A model generated the notes under the pieces. It was not told the DNA's origin and searched no databases. It saw nothing but the letters and a program-made list of their open reading frames with translations. A stretch of DNA of 61,999 nt, the filler included, from Gonapodya sp. JEL0774 (taxonomy: Eukaryota), in assembly GCA_027604505.1 (NCBI GenBank). It is 8 parts of 8 records of this genome, joined end to end, with 100 filler letters (N's around TTAATTAATTAA, not from the genome) between each part and the next. Parts side by side here need not be neighbours in the genome. Positions count along the whole stretch, not along the records: positions 1 to 7,862 come from JADIIX010000485.1; positions 7,963 to 15,650 come from JADIIX010000487.1; 6 more parts are not named here. The stretch is one strand, 5' to 3'. The position numbers were made by a program, and so were the translations under genes. Positions 1-13,049 of this stretch are shown in pieces. Within the stretch, counting starts at the first letter, position 1. Each line of letters starts with the position of its first letter.

Positions 1-2889
1 GAAGCAGCACGGCGCGGGAGAGGGTACTACGGAAAGGAAAGGAAAGGAACAGTGAAGAGGAAGGAAGGCGAGACAGGGAACACGATGTGCGGCAGGAGGC
101 AGGGGGCAGAGGCGCGGTGGAGGTTCGTGTTTCCGGGTTCGAGAGTTGTGGTTCAGTTTCTCAACCTTTTTATTGTCGATTTTCGTTTTTTTTTTCGGTT
201 GTCGGGTGCCCCACCGTCGTGGGTCGTCTCAGTAGTCGCCCTCGTGTGTCCATCTATTACGTGGTGCTTTCTTTCGTTCTTTTTTTCTCCCTCTCTTTCA
301 TTCTTTCATTCTTTTTTGTTGTCGGCGTCGTGGGTGTGCCTCTTTGCCACGCCGGGGCCGAGTGGAGTACGATGGCGAGTGAACCCCTTCCCACACTCGC
401 ACACTCAGCCTCGGCGAGTCGCACCCATACACCTGCACATCGGGCACGAACGTAGCCGCACGGTTGGAAAAGTCGACTCCACGTGTGTGAGCACGGGACC
501 GGGTCGCCCACGTCGCGACGCCGCTACGTTACGTGTTCTGGTGTGCGTGGTCCACACCACCAACCACACCAACCACATCACCACTCCCACCCCGATCGCG
601 ACCGCGACCCGGCAACACAAGACACGTCTCATGGCCCGTCCCACCCAATCACCCGGTACGTCTTTACGTTGGTAGGTCGGTGAGTTGGCAGTCGGTAAGG
701 TCCGAGAAGAGGGAAGGTGGCGGCAGCGGTGGCGATGATACGGGGCATGGCGGTGTCAGGCGGTGGTGACAGCGAGGCGGGCTGCAGTGGGGTGCGAGGT
801 CCTGAGTCGCGAGCGTGGATGTTCCACCCCACGTAATCCACCACTCCCGAATCCAGCGCAACGATCGACCCACGGGTTGGACGTGGACGTGGACGGGGAG
901 GGAAAGAAGTGGGATCACACCAGTCCGGCCTCCTGGTCGGCGGTGGGGCGGGAGAGGCGGGAGCCGGGAGGGAGAGTGAGGCGGGAGGTGGGAGGGAGGG
1001 TGGGAGGGTCTGTTGGGATGGCGAGGTGTGTGCAGGGGGGACGAGGCGGGAGGGCAGGGCCCGGCAGAGTGTGGAGAGTAACGAGTACAGAGTACCACCC
1101 CACGGTCGGCTCCGGGACACACGCCGCACGGGCGGTGTCGGAGGTGGACGGAGATCGTGGAGGTGGATTGTGTACGTGGGACGTGGATGTGGAAGAGGGT
1201 ATGTGGAGGTAGGAGGTGCGCGCCGAGTATGAGTGTGTGAGTGCCCGACGTGCCCGCCATGTGTGCGTGCGGGGGAGATGGGTTTAACGGACCGGGGTGC
1301 CCCGCACTATGACGCGGTGGGGAGTGGGGGATACGAAAGTCCGTCTGTCCGACGTTCGGTCATTCCACCACTCCGCCCTCCACCATCCACCGTCCACCCT
1401 CAGTCCCCTTTGACTCGGACACCAACGGCTGATCTCGGCGAATCGCGAGTGGCGAGGGAGGGTTGGTGGAGAAAAAAAACACGTGAGGGCCGTTGGGCGA
1501 TTGAGGTGACTGATGGCCCTCTGATTGTACAATGATACTTCGCTGGTGTGGGACGTGTGGGGATTGTAAGTTGGTATAATAGGAAGGAATCAATCTGGTC
1601 TGTGTGCGTGGAGTCTTCTGTGGGGTGTTGTGGGTGTTGCAAGTAGAATCGGTGCTGTTAGTCGAGCTGTGGTGGTGGAGATGGCGGATTCAAATCGGGT
1701 GACACAAGAATGCTTGTCACTATGTGATATTTCGTACCCCCAATTCTGATTCTCTGATTCTCCACTTCAAAAACACTCCTTCTTTTCGGCATCAACATTT
1801 TCCCCACTTCATAAACTGTTGTAGTGCCGCGGTGGAGTTCTCCGTATGCCTTCTCCTTCTTCCCCCCCGATTCGTCATGTTTCTCCACCTTCAACTTCAG
1901 TCAACCACGTTCTGAGCGTTCGCATACCGCTTTGCTTGCTCTTTACGCTCAAGCTGATCTTGCGCCATCGGACAGCCCAACCAATCTTTCGGCTGCTGCA
2001 TGCTTTCCCCTTGTTACACGGTTAATCATCCCTTCTCCAAGTCCATACTCGCAGCTTCTGTATTTTGGAGCATAACAACTGAAGTACTTTTTTCGGAAAT
2101 CGCAGCTCAAATGAATGAAATCACTGGACTTAGACTGGGGCGGTGGTCGTATGCGATCACTGCAGACGACGAAATCACAAAGGAATCACGCTTTCGCCCA
2201 GAAATATCTGGCGAGAAAGCTCGAGAATGAAATATTGTCAGTTTCTGGTTTTCCAACTCACTACCCACTTCCGACACAGAATCAAATCTCCAATCATCAT
2301 GTCGGTGACGAAACTGGTATACATCGACAACCACCGATATCGACGGATCAAATTTCTTACGAAATTGCTGCATAAACAGTGTATTTCCGTCTGTCAAGCG
2401 TTCGAAAGAACTTCTCTCTGTCTGCCTCTCAGGCACAGTAGTTCCCGCCGATGGCATGAATCACGTGTACGTCAAGCACGACCCGGGCGAGCGTTACATA
2501 AAGCGAAATGCCCCTCTATTTCCTTCACATCGATAGTATTTTTGATCCTGCGTGAAACTTCTGATGAAGCAAATATATCGTCATGAATGCCAACAACGTC
2601 CAAACTTGATGTCCTACGTCCTCATATGACTTTTAACCTCTGCGTTTATTCACATACATAGCATGTACGAGAAACTTTACGTATCTGGCTTTCATCTCCT
2701 GACGACCCCCACCGATCTGCTCCATTACTGTCAGTTGTACTTGCCACCGGCGTTTCTGGATACCTGCTCTAGTCAACAACAGCACATGGGACATCATCAT
2801 TTGTACTTCTTTGAAAACGCAAAGAAAGGAACCACTAACATTCAATAATTCAATTCACAATAAATATTAGAGATGTTCACTGCTCCATC

Positions 2890-5800
2890 TCACGACCCTC
2901 TCAGCCGCTCCAACGCGCCTCGCGCCTCCCACGTATTTGCCAACTCGTACATCTCGATCGCTTTGTTCGCGTCCTTTGCGAATCCTCCGAGTCCCCTTTC
3001 GTACATCCTACCGAGACCCGCTGCAGCGACTACGTCCCTTCGTCGAGTGACTTTGTGTACAAGCGCACGGCGGTCCCTAGGTCCTGATCTAATCCTCCTC
3101 GACCGTCCTCGTACATTGCAGCCAGTAAAGTCTTGGCCCCGCACCGGAGATCTTTCAAGTAGTATTCCACTGCTTTTCGGTCGTCCTTTGCTCTTCCACC
3201 CCACCCATGCTCATGTAGAATTCCAAGAGCAAAGGTCAGCTCACCATCACCTGATCTTGTAAGAAGTTCCTCTGCCATTCCCACATCACGTTCACACCCA
3301 CCGAGACCATGCAAGTGGAAAAAGTATGCAAGATTGAACTGTGCCCAAGCATCTCCTTGCTCCCCGGCGGCTGTGAAGAGTTTCCTCGCTTCATGTACAT
3401 AACCTGCTCCGCCACGTCCGCTGACATACATCAATCCGAGATTGTTTTGTGCTGTCACATCACCCTGGTTAGCGGCCTTCCTGAACCATTTCACAGCCTC
3501 CACCTCGTCCTTCTGGGCACTCTCCCCATTCTTGGACATTAGCCCAAGAGTGACCTGAGCAAAAGCATCACCCTGATTGGCAGCCTTTCTGAACCACTCC
3601 ACTGCCTCTGTGCGGTTTCCAGTAGTATACAAAAACGTTCCCAGGTCAGATTGTGCTGCAGCATAACCTTGCTCCGCTGCATGTTGGCACCACGTGAGTG
3701 CATATTCAGAGTTCTTTGGGAGTATTCCTAGTCCCTTATTGTAGAAATAGTAGAGTTGATGCATGGCTCGCACATGGCGAAATTCAGCCGCACGCAAATA
3801 GACCTGCGATGCCTTATCGAAGTTTTGTTCCTGCCCGTCACGCCCATGGTGAAAGCAATCTGCCAATGTCCATAAATAGTCTGCATCACTGATCAAGTCT
3901 GCATGTGGGACTGCTTCAATCCCGTCTGGTTCTCGTTTTTCGCTAGGTAACATATCATGACTCATGAGAGGTCAGGAAGTTTGCGGATGAAAAATTTTGC
4001 TCACGTGATCTTAGAAAGGGTGCTTGTGATTGAACTAAACGTTGGACGCAAGGTTGGATTCGGATCCCAGCACTGTCTCATCAATGTTTCCAGTTCTGCA
4101 TGCATATTGGCGTCTGCAGGAACTTTTGGCCTGTCATGTGGATATCCCCATATTGTATGTAGAGTTGCAAAGAACTGAAAATAGGAAAGGTCGCCAAAAG
4201 GTTCTTTCTTTGTGCAGAGCTTACACATGATGGGCAAAAGTTTGAGGGACGGTCAATACATGCAAAACACTACTGTTCTCCTCACCGAATATATGACCAT
4301 CCCAAATGCATAGACATCGTCTGCCTTTGTTGTTCCTTCGCTTCGCATTCTTTCTGGTGACATATATCGGAGCTTCCCAGGCCGATCTCCCGTGGCGGCC
4401 AATACCGTGGCACTCAAAATTTTCGACGCTCCAAAATCGGTCAGAACTGCATGCTTGCATTTATCCACAAGAGCGTTGTCAGGTGAGACATCACCGTGGA
4501 CAATATTCAAGCTGTGCAAGTACTCCAACCCCCGGGCAATATCGAGAAGCTAAAAGACACATCAGAAAAGATGCGGAGAAGACTGCAATTACACAAACAA
4601 GATGTGAACTCACGAGCAAAAGTACTTCACTTTGCCTTAGAGATTCGTCTTGGCGAAATTGTTCGAGATCGAGATAGTCCCGCACGCTCCCATACTTGAT
4701 GATTGGGGAGACAAACGCACAAATTTTTCTTTGCCTCATGATACCATACAAGGGCAGCACATGCGGAGAGGTCAAGTTGTGCCATGTAGTTGCCTCATCC
4801 TCAAATGACTAGGAAAGGTTGGAAAGTGCGTACTGGCTGAGCGAGTGAATACTGCAACATGTATCTCACCTTCATGTCATATCCTTTAGCAAATCTTACA
4901 ACCTTGACGGCCACATCAATGTTGTTTAGCCACTTTCCGCGGTAAACCGTACCATACCCTCCTCCTCCCAGCGTGTCGTCGACAGACCAAACCAGGTCTG
5001 ACACTTTGATTTCCCAGAAGTCTGGGAAGTTCCCAAATCCAGACATGACAGCACTCTCGGCTTCATCTATCAATATGTCAGTTGCCATGGGACGTACTGA
5101 ATGCAGGTTAGATGCAACTGCACTCCGACAAGTGTTGTACATGGCCCCATGATTGGACCTTGCCAGTGAGTTACCATGGTTGAGGGCCCTCCTGTACCAC
5201 ATTAGAGCCTGCACCTCGTCTTTCTGAACACCTCTCCCATTCTCATAGATAAAACCCAGATTGAATTGCCCCTGCTCATCACCCTGGTCAGCAGCCTTTC
5301 TGAACCACTTAACAGCCTCCACCACGTCCTCCTCCACACCCCTACCGTTTGCGTACATCAGCCCAAGATTAAACTGCGCATCCATGTTACCCTGGTCGGC
5401 GGCCCTCCTGTACCACTTCACTGCCTCCGCCTCGTCCTTCTCCACACCCCGCCCGTCAGTGAACATGACACCAAGATTTGACTGGGCCCGTGCGTTACCC
5501 TGATCAGCAGCCCTCCTGTACCACTCCAGAGCCTCCCCCTCGTCCTTCTGCACACCCTGTCCATTGTCGTACAGATATCCAAGGTTAAACTGAGCTGGTG
5601 CGTTCCCCTGGTCGGCAGCCTTCCTGTACCACTTCACAGCCTCCGCCTCGTTTTTCTGCACACCCTTCCCGTACGAGTATATAAGTCCGAGAGCGAACTG
5701 CGCTGCCCTGTTACCCTGCTCTGCAGCCCTCCTGTACCATTTCACAGCCTCCTCCTCCTCCTTCTGCACACCCTGTCCGTTTTCGTACATGAAACCAAGA

Positions 5801-7723
5801 CCGTTCTGTGCATCAGCATACCCCTGTTCTGCTGCCTTCCCAAACCACTTGACAGCCTCCCCATGGTCCTTCGGCACACCCTGCCCATTCGCATACATCA
5901 TTCCAAGCCCGTACTGTGCCGATGCGTTACTCTGGTCAGCAGCCCTCCTGAACCACTTCACAGCCTCTGCCTCGTCCTTCTGCACACCGTGCCCGTTCAA
6001 ATAGATGACTCCAAGATTGAATTGCCCATCTGAATGACCCTGGTCAGCAAGCTTCCTATACCACTTCGCAGCCTCCTTGTGGTCTTCTGCGTGACCTTGA
6101 CCAAAATAGAAACAATCACCCAGATCCAATTGCGCACTATCATTGCCTTGCTCAACGGCACGTTGGCACCACGTGAATGCAGATTCAAGGTTCTTTGGAA
6201 GTATTCCAAGCCCATTCTTGTAGAAATAGTAGAGTTGATGCATGGCTTGCACATGGCCAAATTCCGCCGCACGTAAATAAACCTGCGATGCCTTGTCCAA
6301 GTTTTGTTCCCTTCCCTGACGTCCATGGTGAAAGCCATCTGCCAAAGTCCATAAATAGTCGGCATCACCAATCAAGTCTGCCTCTGGGACAGAATCAATC
6401 TCGGCTGGTGGTCGCTCAGGACTAGGTGGCATGTGATGAGAAATCAGGATGATGGATAGCGAAGCAAACTACTTACGTGATCTGAGACAGAATTCTGGTG
6501 ATTGAGGTAAACGGTGGACGCTTGGTTGGATCTCGATCCCAGCATTCTTTCATCACTGTTTCGAGTTCTACGGGCATATTGGCGTCTGCAGGAATGTATG
6601 GGCGGATATGTGGATGATCGCATATTTGATGTAGAATTGCATAGAATTGCATGGTGGGTAGCTCGCCGAAAGGTTCTTTCTTGGTTCAGAGCTTAGAAGA
6701 TCATCCACAAATGTTGGTTAAAGGGTCAACATCAACAATGATGGCCACGCTCCTTACCGAATATATGACCATCCCAAATGCATAAACATCGTCTGCTGTT
6801 GTTGTCCCCTCCCCGCGCATTCGTTCCGGTGACATATACCGCACCTTCCCAACCCGGCCACCAGTTGCGTCAAATGTCGCAGCGCTCAAGAATTTCGAGG
6901 TTCCAAAATCGGTCAGAACCGCATGTTTCCTTCTGTCCACGAGAGCGTAGTCAGGAGACACATTAGCGTGGACGATGTCCAAGCTGTGCAAGTATTCCAA
7001 CCCCCGAGCAATATCGAGAAGCTAAAAAACATCAATCGATAAGAGAAAAATTGCACGCTGAGCAATAAAGAGTGAACCCCCAAAATGAAGATATGAACTC
7101 ACGAGCCAAAGTACTTCTTTTCGGCGTACAGTTTCGTCTTGGGAAAATCGTCGGAGGTAATTCGGCACACTCCCATACTCGAGGATTGGTGAGACGAAAG
7201 CAAACATGTTTCCTCTTCTCACGATACCGTACAACGGTAGCACGTGTTCAGAGGTTAAGTTGTACCACGTGGTTGCCTCGTCGTCGAAATACTGTGAAAG
7301 GACAGCAACGTGAGTCCAGTTGTCCCCATGACTGAGCAAGTCTCGCACCTTCATGTCATATCCCTTTGCAAAGCTTACAACTTTGACGGCCACATCAATG
7401 TCTTTTAGCCATTTTCCGCGGTACACTGTACCGTACCCTCCTCCTCCCAGCACGTCGGTGACAGAGAAAAACACGTCAGCCTCTTTGATTTCCCAGAGCT
7501 CTGGAAGTTTTGCCAGGGAAAATTTTGTTGTCTTTGGTGCTACATCTTCCGATATGTCCGATCTGTCAGCAGGGATGTTGACGGTTTCGATGGGAACCAC
7601 TTCGTTTGTTGGTTTTGGGTCCGGAGGTGCGGTAGGCGAAGGAAAGATCGCAGTTTGCCAATGCTCTGTATGATCGGGAATGTATTCCGGCGCGGGGGGT
7701 TGGATGATAAGGGACAGCTCCAT
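2890..7723 (-). pseudogene. Multi-exon tyrosine-kinase-like (TKL)/Sel1-repeat gene: pseudokinase - ~11 Sel1 - kinase - ~8 Sel1; two apparent lesions; 5' end uncertain
   Basis: Two kinase copies (LGGGGYGTVYRGKW, VAVK, DFG, DVYAFG, CW.....RP.F) have identical intron positions. Each kinase ends ATC AC|GT and splices in frame at CCTAG into a Sel1 array (AQFNLG.MY..G.GV.KD..EAVKW.R.AA.QG). In-frame TGA at 6686-6688 and a 1-bp frameshift near 3037. Confidence 0.85.
5160..6100 (-). repeat. Coding ~108-bp tandem repeat (Sel1 units) with high DNA-level similarity
   Basis: Recurring 'accacttcacagcctccgcctcgtccttctgcacacc' and 'ccctggtcggcagcc' variants at about 108-bp spacing. Confidence 0.9.
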
Positions 7724-7862
7724 GGAATGGTGAGACGAGCGCGGTTTGCCAGTTATCGGGAACTGCCGATGTGGACCCACGAGTATCTTCTCTCCCGATT
7801 GGAGAGGCCAATGTAGACAAGTGGGGTTGGACGCGTGTTGTTTTCCAAGCCCCGGGGATTCC

Positions 7863-7962
7863 NNNNNNNNNNNNNNNNNNNNNNNNNNNNNNNNNNNNNN
7901 NNNNNNTTAATTAATTAANNNNNNNNNNNNNNNNNNNNNNNNNNNNNNNNNNNNNNNNNNNN
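7863..7962. other. Artificial contig linker (N44-TTAATTAATTAA-N44); also at 15651-15750, 23413-23512, 31173-31272, 38899-38998, 46605-46704, 54310-54409
   Basis: Identical 100-bp spacer with stop codons in all six frames. Genes are cut at these points and segment lengths fall monotonically. Confidence 0.98.
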
Positions 7963-10708
7963 GCTCGCCCTGGACAGCGCTTGGGTTCAACCTGAAAGTC
8001 TGTGTCGGCCGAACTGTGCGAGGGCAACGTTCCGTTCATGGGGACACCCAGTTGCGCGACCATTCAGTTTTTCATCTAGGTCACTTTATCTATGATGTAA
8101 AAGGGACCAAGAAGCTCACTCTTGAAGTACTATTTGGCCTGCGCTCTCATAGGTAGGCCGCTGTTTTGTTGGCTGTCCACGTCATCGCATCTTCTGAACA
8201 ATTTACTCTCAAATATTTCCACTCCTTGCATTGGCATACTCAAGTACGCAGAGTGTCGTATTCGGAATTACCATTTTTGTCATGAGGCCAAAACCACACG
8301 TCATTGATCGTCTCCCACCCAACTGGAGTTGTTTCATAGTACACTCAAGCTCTCTGACTTTGCCCAGTTCGCTACGTGAGTGCAGAATTTCTGTCATTGA
8401 ACGAAACGCTCTGGGGCTGGTCATGCCAAGGCAAAACTGGAGGTCAAATGACGCAGAGCGGTGTGATCAGGCTCGTCTCGCCAACCACTGTAAGGTGGAC
8501 ACGCTGAGCTCCTATGTAGATCGGATGAGGCTGATGTGAGAACGCGTTTGTAGGACTTAGAATCAGCTGATTTGGTTTCTTCAAGATTATGGATGGATGC
8601 CGGTTTCTGGTGCAGAACTGATTTCATAAGTGACTACTCAGTACTCAGAATCTTACCGCTGGAGAGAGTGAGATGAGGCCTTGATGAAGTCTCTCGGAGC
8701 CTTGCTCGCTCGTGCATCTGTGGTCTAGTTTCGTGATTTTGGTCTGATGACTTATTTTAGTCGCCCTGAATGCTATTTGCTTTTGCTCAAGGAGTGGGTC
8801 AGACTTGCTCGTAGGTCGTGACACAAATCCCACGATTTACCTCCCACGAAACGCGCCGCTCCTCCATCATAGAAAGATTTTGGACCTCAGAAGACCTCTC
8901 CATTTCTGATCGAGACTCGCGTCATGTGTGCCCTCTGCTGTTGACGTGCTGACTCGTGGGTTCGCACCGTCCCCAAGTGGGGATCTATCAATGCACTATG
9001 CACCAAATTTTGTGGAAGTCAAATGTCGTTTTGGACAAGCCTTGGAGTGCGGGCACGCAGTGACTTGGCAGACCTCGTTCCATCCCTTGTCATCTGGGGA
9101 CTTTAGTGTGTGTCCATGCTTGGGTACAGAGGACCTTCAATCAGCCATGTGACCACCTGTTGAGAAGATATACAAGATGTATTGTGCGCCTGAAGTTGTT
9201 TTGATGAACGAGGCCTCGTTTGTGGACGTTTGTTTTGTCCAACAGGGTGACGTCATCCACTTTGATGGTGTCTAGACTCTAGACAGCCAACCAAATACAA
9301 AAATGGAATCACGCAATCAAAAATAACTCCCCTTTCATAAGATCTGGCGATTTTTGTGCTTTGCGCTCACCATCGTGAAGGAACAAACAGAGCAGAACGG
9401 CAATTTTCAATGTTCACCTACAATTATAATCAGAACACAATTACAAACCCGGCAGGCAAATCCTATATTCAATTGTGGACTCCCATGTGCACATGGCTAT
9501 GTGATGTTTTGGACCACTTACAGGGTTTTCCCCAGGCGTGTTAGCCCAGGAATGACCTCTTCCATGTTGTAGTCAACTGAGGTACATACATCCAAGAATT
9601 GGCCGAAGAGACTCCAGCTACTGAACAAGGAAGCGTGCTTAAAGATGTGGTTTCAAATGTGGTTGGCTCGTTTGTCTCCGGTCAGGACTCTTTTTGTTTC
9701 AGTGCATGTGCTCCGTTATGAAACAAGTACCAGATCACCAATCAAACTCGTCCGTCGTTGGCTATCTGTGAATCAAGCAGAATAACTTGAATCACTGATG
9801 TTTCGACTGCTTCTGTGCTTGAGGTTTTGGTCACAGTCTCGCATGGCGTGCTGCGTATGTCATTTGATCAGTTCATTTCTTTGTATGGTCTCGATCTTGA
9901 GTGACCCTGAAAGCGCTCTATATGTAGTCTTGCACTGAGAGTACCAACGAAAATTTTCCATTCGGGAAATTCTTGGGTCTTGGTGACGCGTCTTCCACTA
10001 GGGCTATCGGTGCCGATTTTTCTCCATGAATAGTCGACCTCAAGCGAGCATTCTGCCATGCTATATTGCGGTTTCTTTTCATACTCTTATTGAGCTAACA
10101 TCGGTGGAGAATGTGATTCGTGTCACGAAGACTGAATCAGATAACAATGATGTTCTTTGGATTGGTGTCAAGTCGATTGCAATGACAAGACAGGCTGAAT
10201 TACGGATCCCACTTTTGCTTAAAGTGGTCACTGTGTGATATGCTAACACGCATGACGACGTCAATGACGTACATCCATGATTGAAAGTACTCGAGGAAGG
10301 GCGCGCGGGCGTGCAGCGTTGCAATCGACCAACAACACAGTGAATGCCCGTTTACAATAATACAAATAAATCAATGATGTCGGATACTTTGAACACTTTT
10401 GGACATGAACGGCCAACGGCGCAGGTGTGATCGGATTTGAGGCGTCACCACAGGACACCTGCGACCCCTGGTATGACCGAGATCATTTGTCTCCAAGAGT
10501 AAAGAGAAGTAAGGAGACATCGGAAACTGGACGAGCAACAGCTGGAGAAGACACCACAGCGGAATCGAGCGTGGAGGTGAGCACAGGACGACAACAGGCA
10601 GAAGGTTCTGATTCCCATTGCCGCACCTGTATTTGACTCAACCGATCCACTCCCTTCATAGCTGGTCTCTAATATTCCCCTGATTTCAGCTGAAAATTTA
10701 TTCCTGTG

Positions 10709-12623
10709 ATGCATTCCCGATTTTTGGCTCGTTTTGTTGTTTCGGTGGCCGTGGTCGTGCTGGTCGCGGCTGCTGTGCTCGGGGTGTGCGCTTGGGCTGC
10801 ACCGCTCCCAAACTCAAACATCAACGTTCTCGTCAGGAGAGAAACTGGCAACGGGACAAATTCACCCGCGACCGATGCTCAGCCGTCTGCTGCAACGCAG
10901 CCCTCGCCCTCCCCTGCACCCGCACCACCTCCTGCAGCCCCCACACCTGCCCCGTCTCCTTCCTCGGAACCTTCTCCGACCGCTCCACCACCGCTACCAT
11001 CCCCGTCTCCTTCTGCGCCATCTCCCCCTTCTTCTCCCTCCCCGGCCAAGGAATACCCTGCGCCGTCTCCCTCGCCATCCCTCAAACAGGAGCCGAGCCC
11101 CACCCCTGTTTGGGATGCACCCAAATCCGACACCGGTGCATGGCCCACACCTGCAGCGACAGTACCGTCGCCCTCCCCTTCCCCCGCACCTTGGCCTGCA
11201 CCTCCACCGCCCCCAGCCAACCAACCCACTCCAACTTCGGCCTGGGTTCCTCCGGTAACCGAAGCGGTACCCTCTCCTTCACCGGTTCCTCCACCACCAC
11301 CTCCCCCCGTGTACGACCCACCACCACCACCTCCACCTCCCCCTCCTCCACCGCCAACACCGTCTCCCACTCCTCCCATTGATGGCCAAGACGCCACAGT
11401 GCCCGTGGAACTCGCTCCCGTTGCACCCACCCCACCTCCTCCATCTCCCGCTCCGGTTCCTGCAACAGCAGGTGAACCAGCTCCTTCTCCACCTCCACCG
11501 GTGCCTGCTGTGGTGAAGGCTGCGACGGATCCCGTGACGAAGATCAACGGTGAGTTGCGGACCAAATCACTTCAGAGTCTTCTGTTGTTTCTTTGGAGGT
11601 GCATTGGACGATAGAGATCGAGCACGATGTTCACACGATTGACGTCACGAGACTAAAGAAGGACCGGATTGATACGTTGTACTTCTTCGCTTCCCCTCTA
11701 ACCAACACAATGCTCATTCCCTCCATTCCACGACCCTCCACAGCCATCGTCGCCGGCACCCCTGCCTCCGCCGCCCAATACCCGTGGATCGCCCGGCTCA
11801 TCACCACGCTCATCACCGCGGGCAGTGCCTCGCAAGAATTTTGCACCGGAGTGCTCGTGGCTGCGACACCGTATCCCGTGGTCTTGACGGCGGGCCACTG
11901 TAGGAGCAGAACCGCCAACGTGGTGGATGCGAGGGCTATGATCGGCTTGCAGGATTCCGCGGCTGGGTGTACCGGGACCTGTGTGGAGATGTTGGTGTTG
12001 GATGTGATTAATCATCCGCAGGTGAGTACTCTGTGATCGGGGGTGTGATGTGTAACGAAGCAGCATAAACCAACAAACACTTCTTCTTCATCCAGTACAC
12101 TGTTGATCCAGCTTCGGGTCTCGACATCACCGGCCACGATGTGCAACTCTGGGTCCTCGACCCGTCCACCGCACCCGCATCGTCCCTCGCGAACCTTGCC
12201 AACTCCATCGCCCCCATCAACCTCGACCCCAACACTCCAACAGCAGGCCAAGCCAGCCAAGCGCTAGGATGGGGTATCACCAACAAGGGCGGTACCTCGG
12301 GAATGTTCACCCTCGCCACGACCCTCCAGGGGACCACTCTCACCGCCGCCACGAGCGACCAATGCGTGACCTACTTTGGACTCAATGGCGTGGACCAAAC
12401 ACTGATTGGCTGCGCCTCACCTGCCACGACTGCCGCCGGTATCACCACCACGTGCCAGGGGGATTCCGGTGGGCCTCATGTGGTCAACGGTGTGGTCTGG
12501 GCGACGACGAGCTTCGGACCCGTGCCGTGCGATAATGGAGGACCTGTGGTGGTGGTGAGGACGAGTGGGATCGGAGGTTGGTTGAATAGTGCGCTCCAGA
12601 CTGTGGCGGCGACCACGTATTGA
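10709..12623 (+). CDS. Secreted S1 (trypsin-fold) serine protease with long Pro/Ser/Thr-rich N-terminal region; 3 exons (introns 11550-11743, 12022-12095)
   Basis: Hydrophobic signal peptide, mature start IVAG, catalytic motifs LTAGHC, HDVQL and CQGDSGGP. GT-AG introns restore the frame. Confidence 0.92.
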
Positions 12624-13049
12624 GAGGCGGGTCAGTGTAACACGGAGAAGATCGACTATGATTCGGGGTAATTAATCTGTTGTCATGCATGCATACACAC
12701 TGTAAATCAAGTTGGCTTGGTCCTTGTGTTTGCGAAAGATCGTGCGTTGCTGTCTGCTTGTGCGCTGTTCTAGTTCACAAAATTCCGTCTTGGCCGCGAG
12801 CTGACTCCACCCCTTGAAACGGGCCGCAACTTAGTAACTCCCTCTTTCGGCGATGTAATTGCGTCTTCGCGGTACGTCTGGATCTCGATTCACGGCTGAG
12901 TGATTCCCGCCCACGTTGACTCGACTCTCGTCGTCCCCGTTCTGTAGGGCGACGTCATCCACAACATCAAATTCCATTTCATAAGCTCGAAGAGCCGCTC
13001 TTTGTGCTCGCGCCATCTATCCAACTATCCCGTGTCTCCTGGATCTGAC

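Noticed and set aside
1..2600. Many overlapping ORFs in GC-skewed, low-complexity DNA
   Set aside because: No recognisable domain or consistent splice model; probably UTR, intron or intergenic sequence.
8100..10400. Short fragments with a faint LRR-like look (LPPNW, LPSSLRE)
   Set aside because: Multiple stops and no coherent frame; too weak to call.
10734..11565. Gly-rich and Arg-rich alternative-frame and antisense ORFs
   Set aside because: Shadows of the Pro-rich protease exon.
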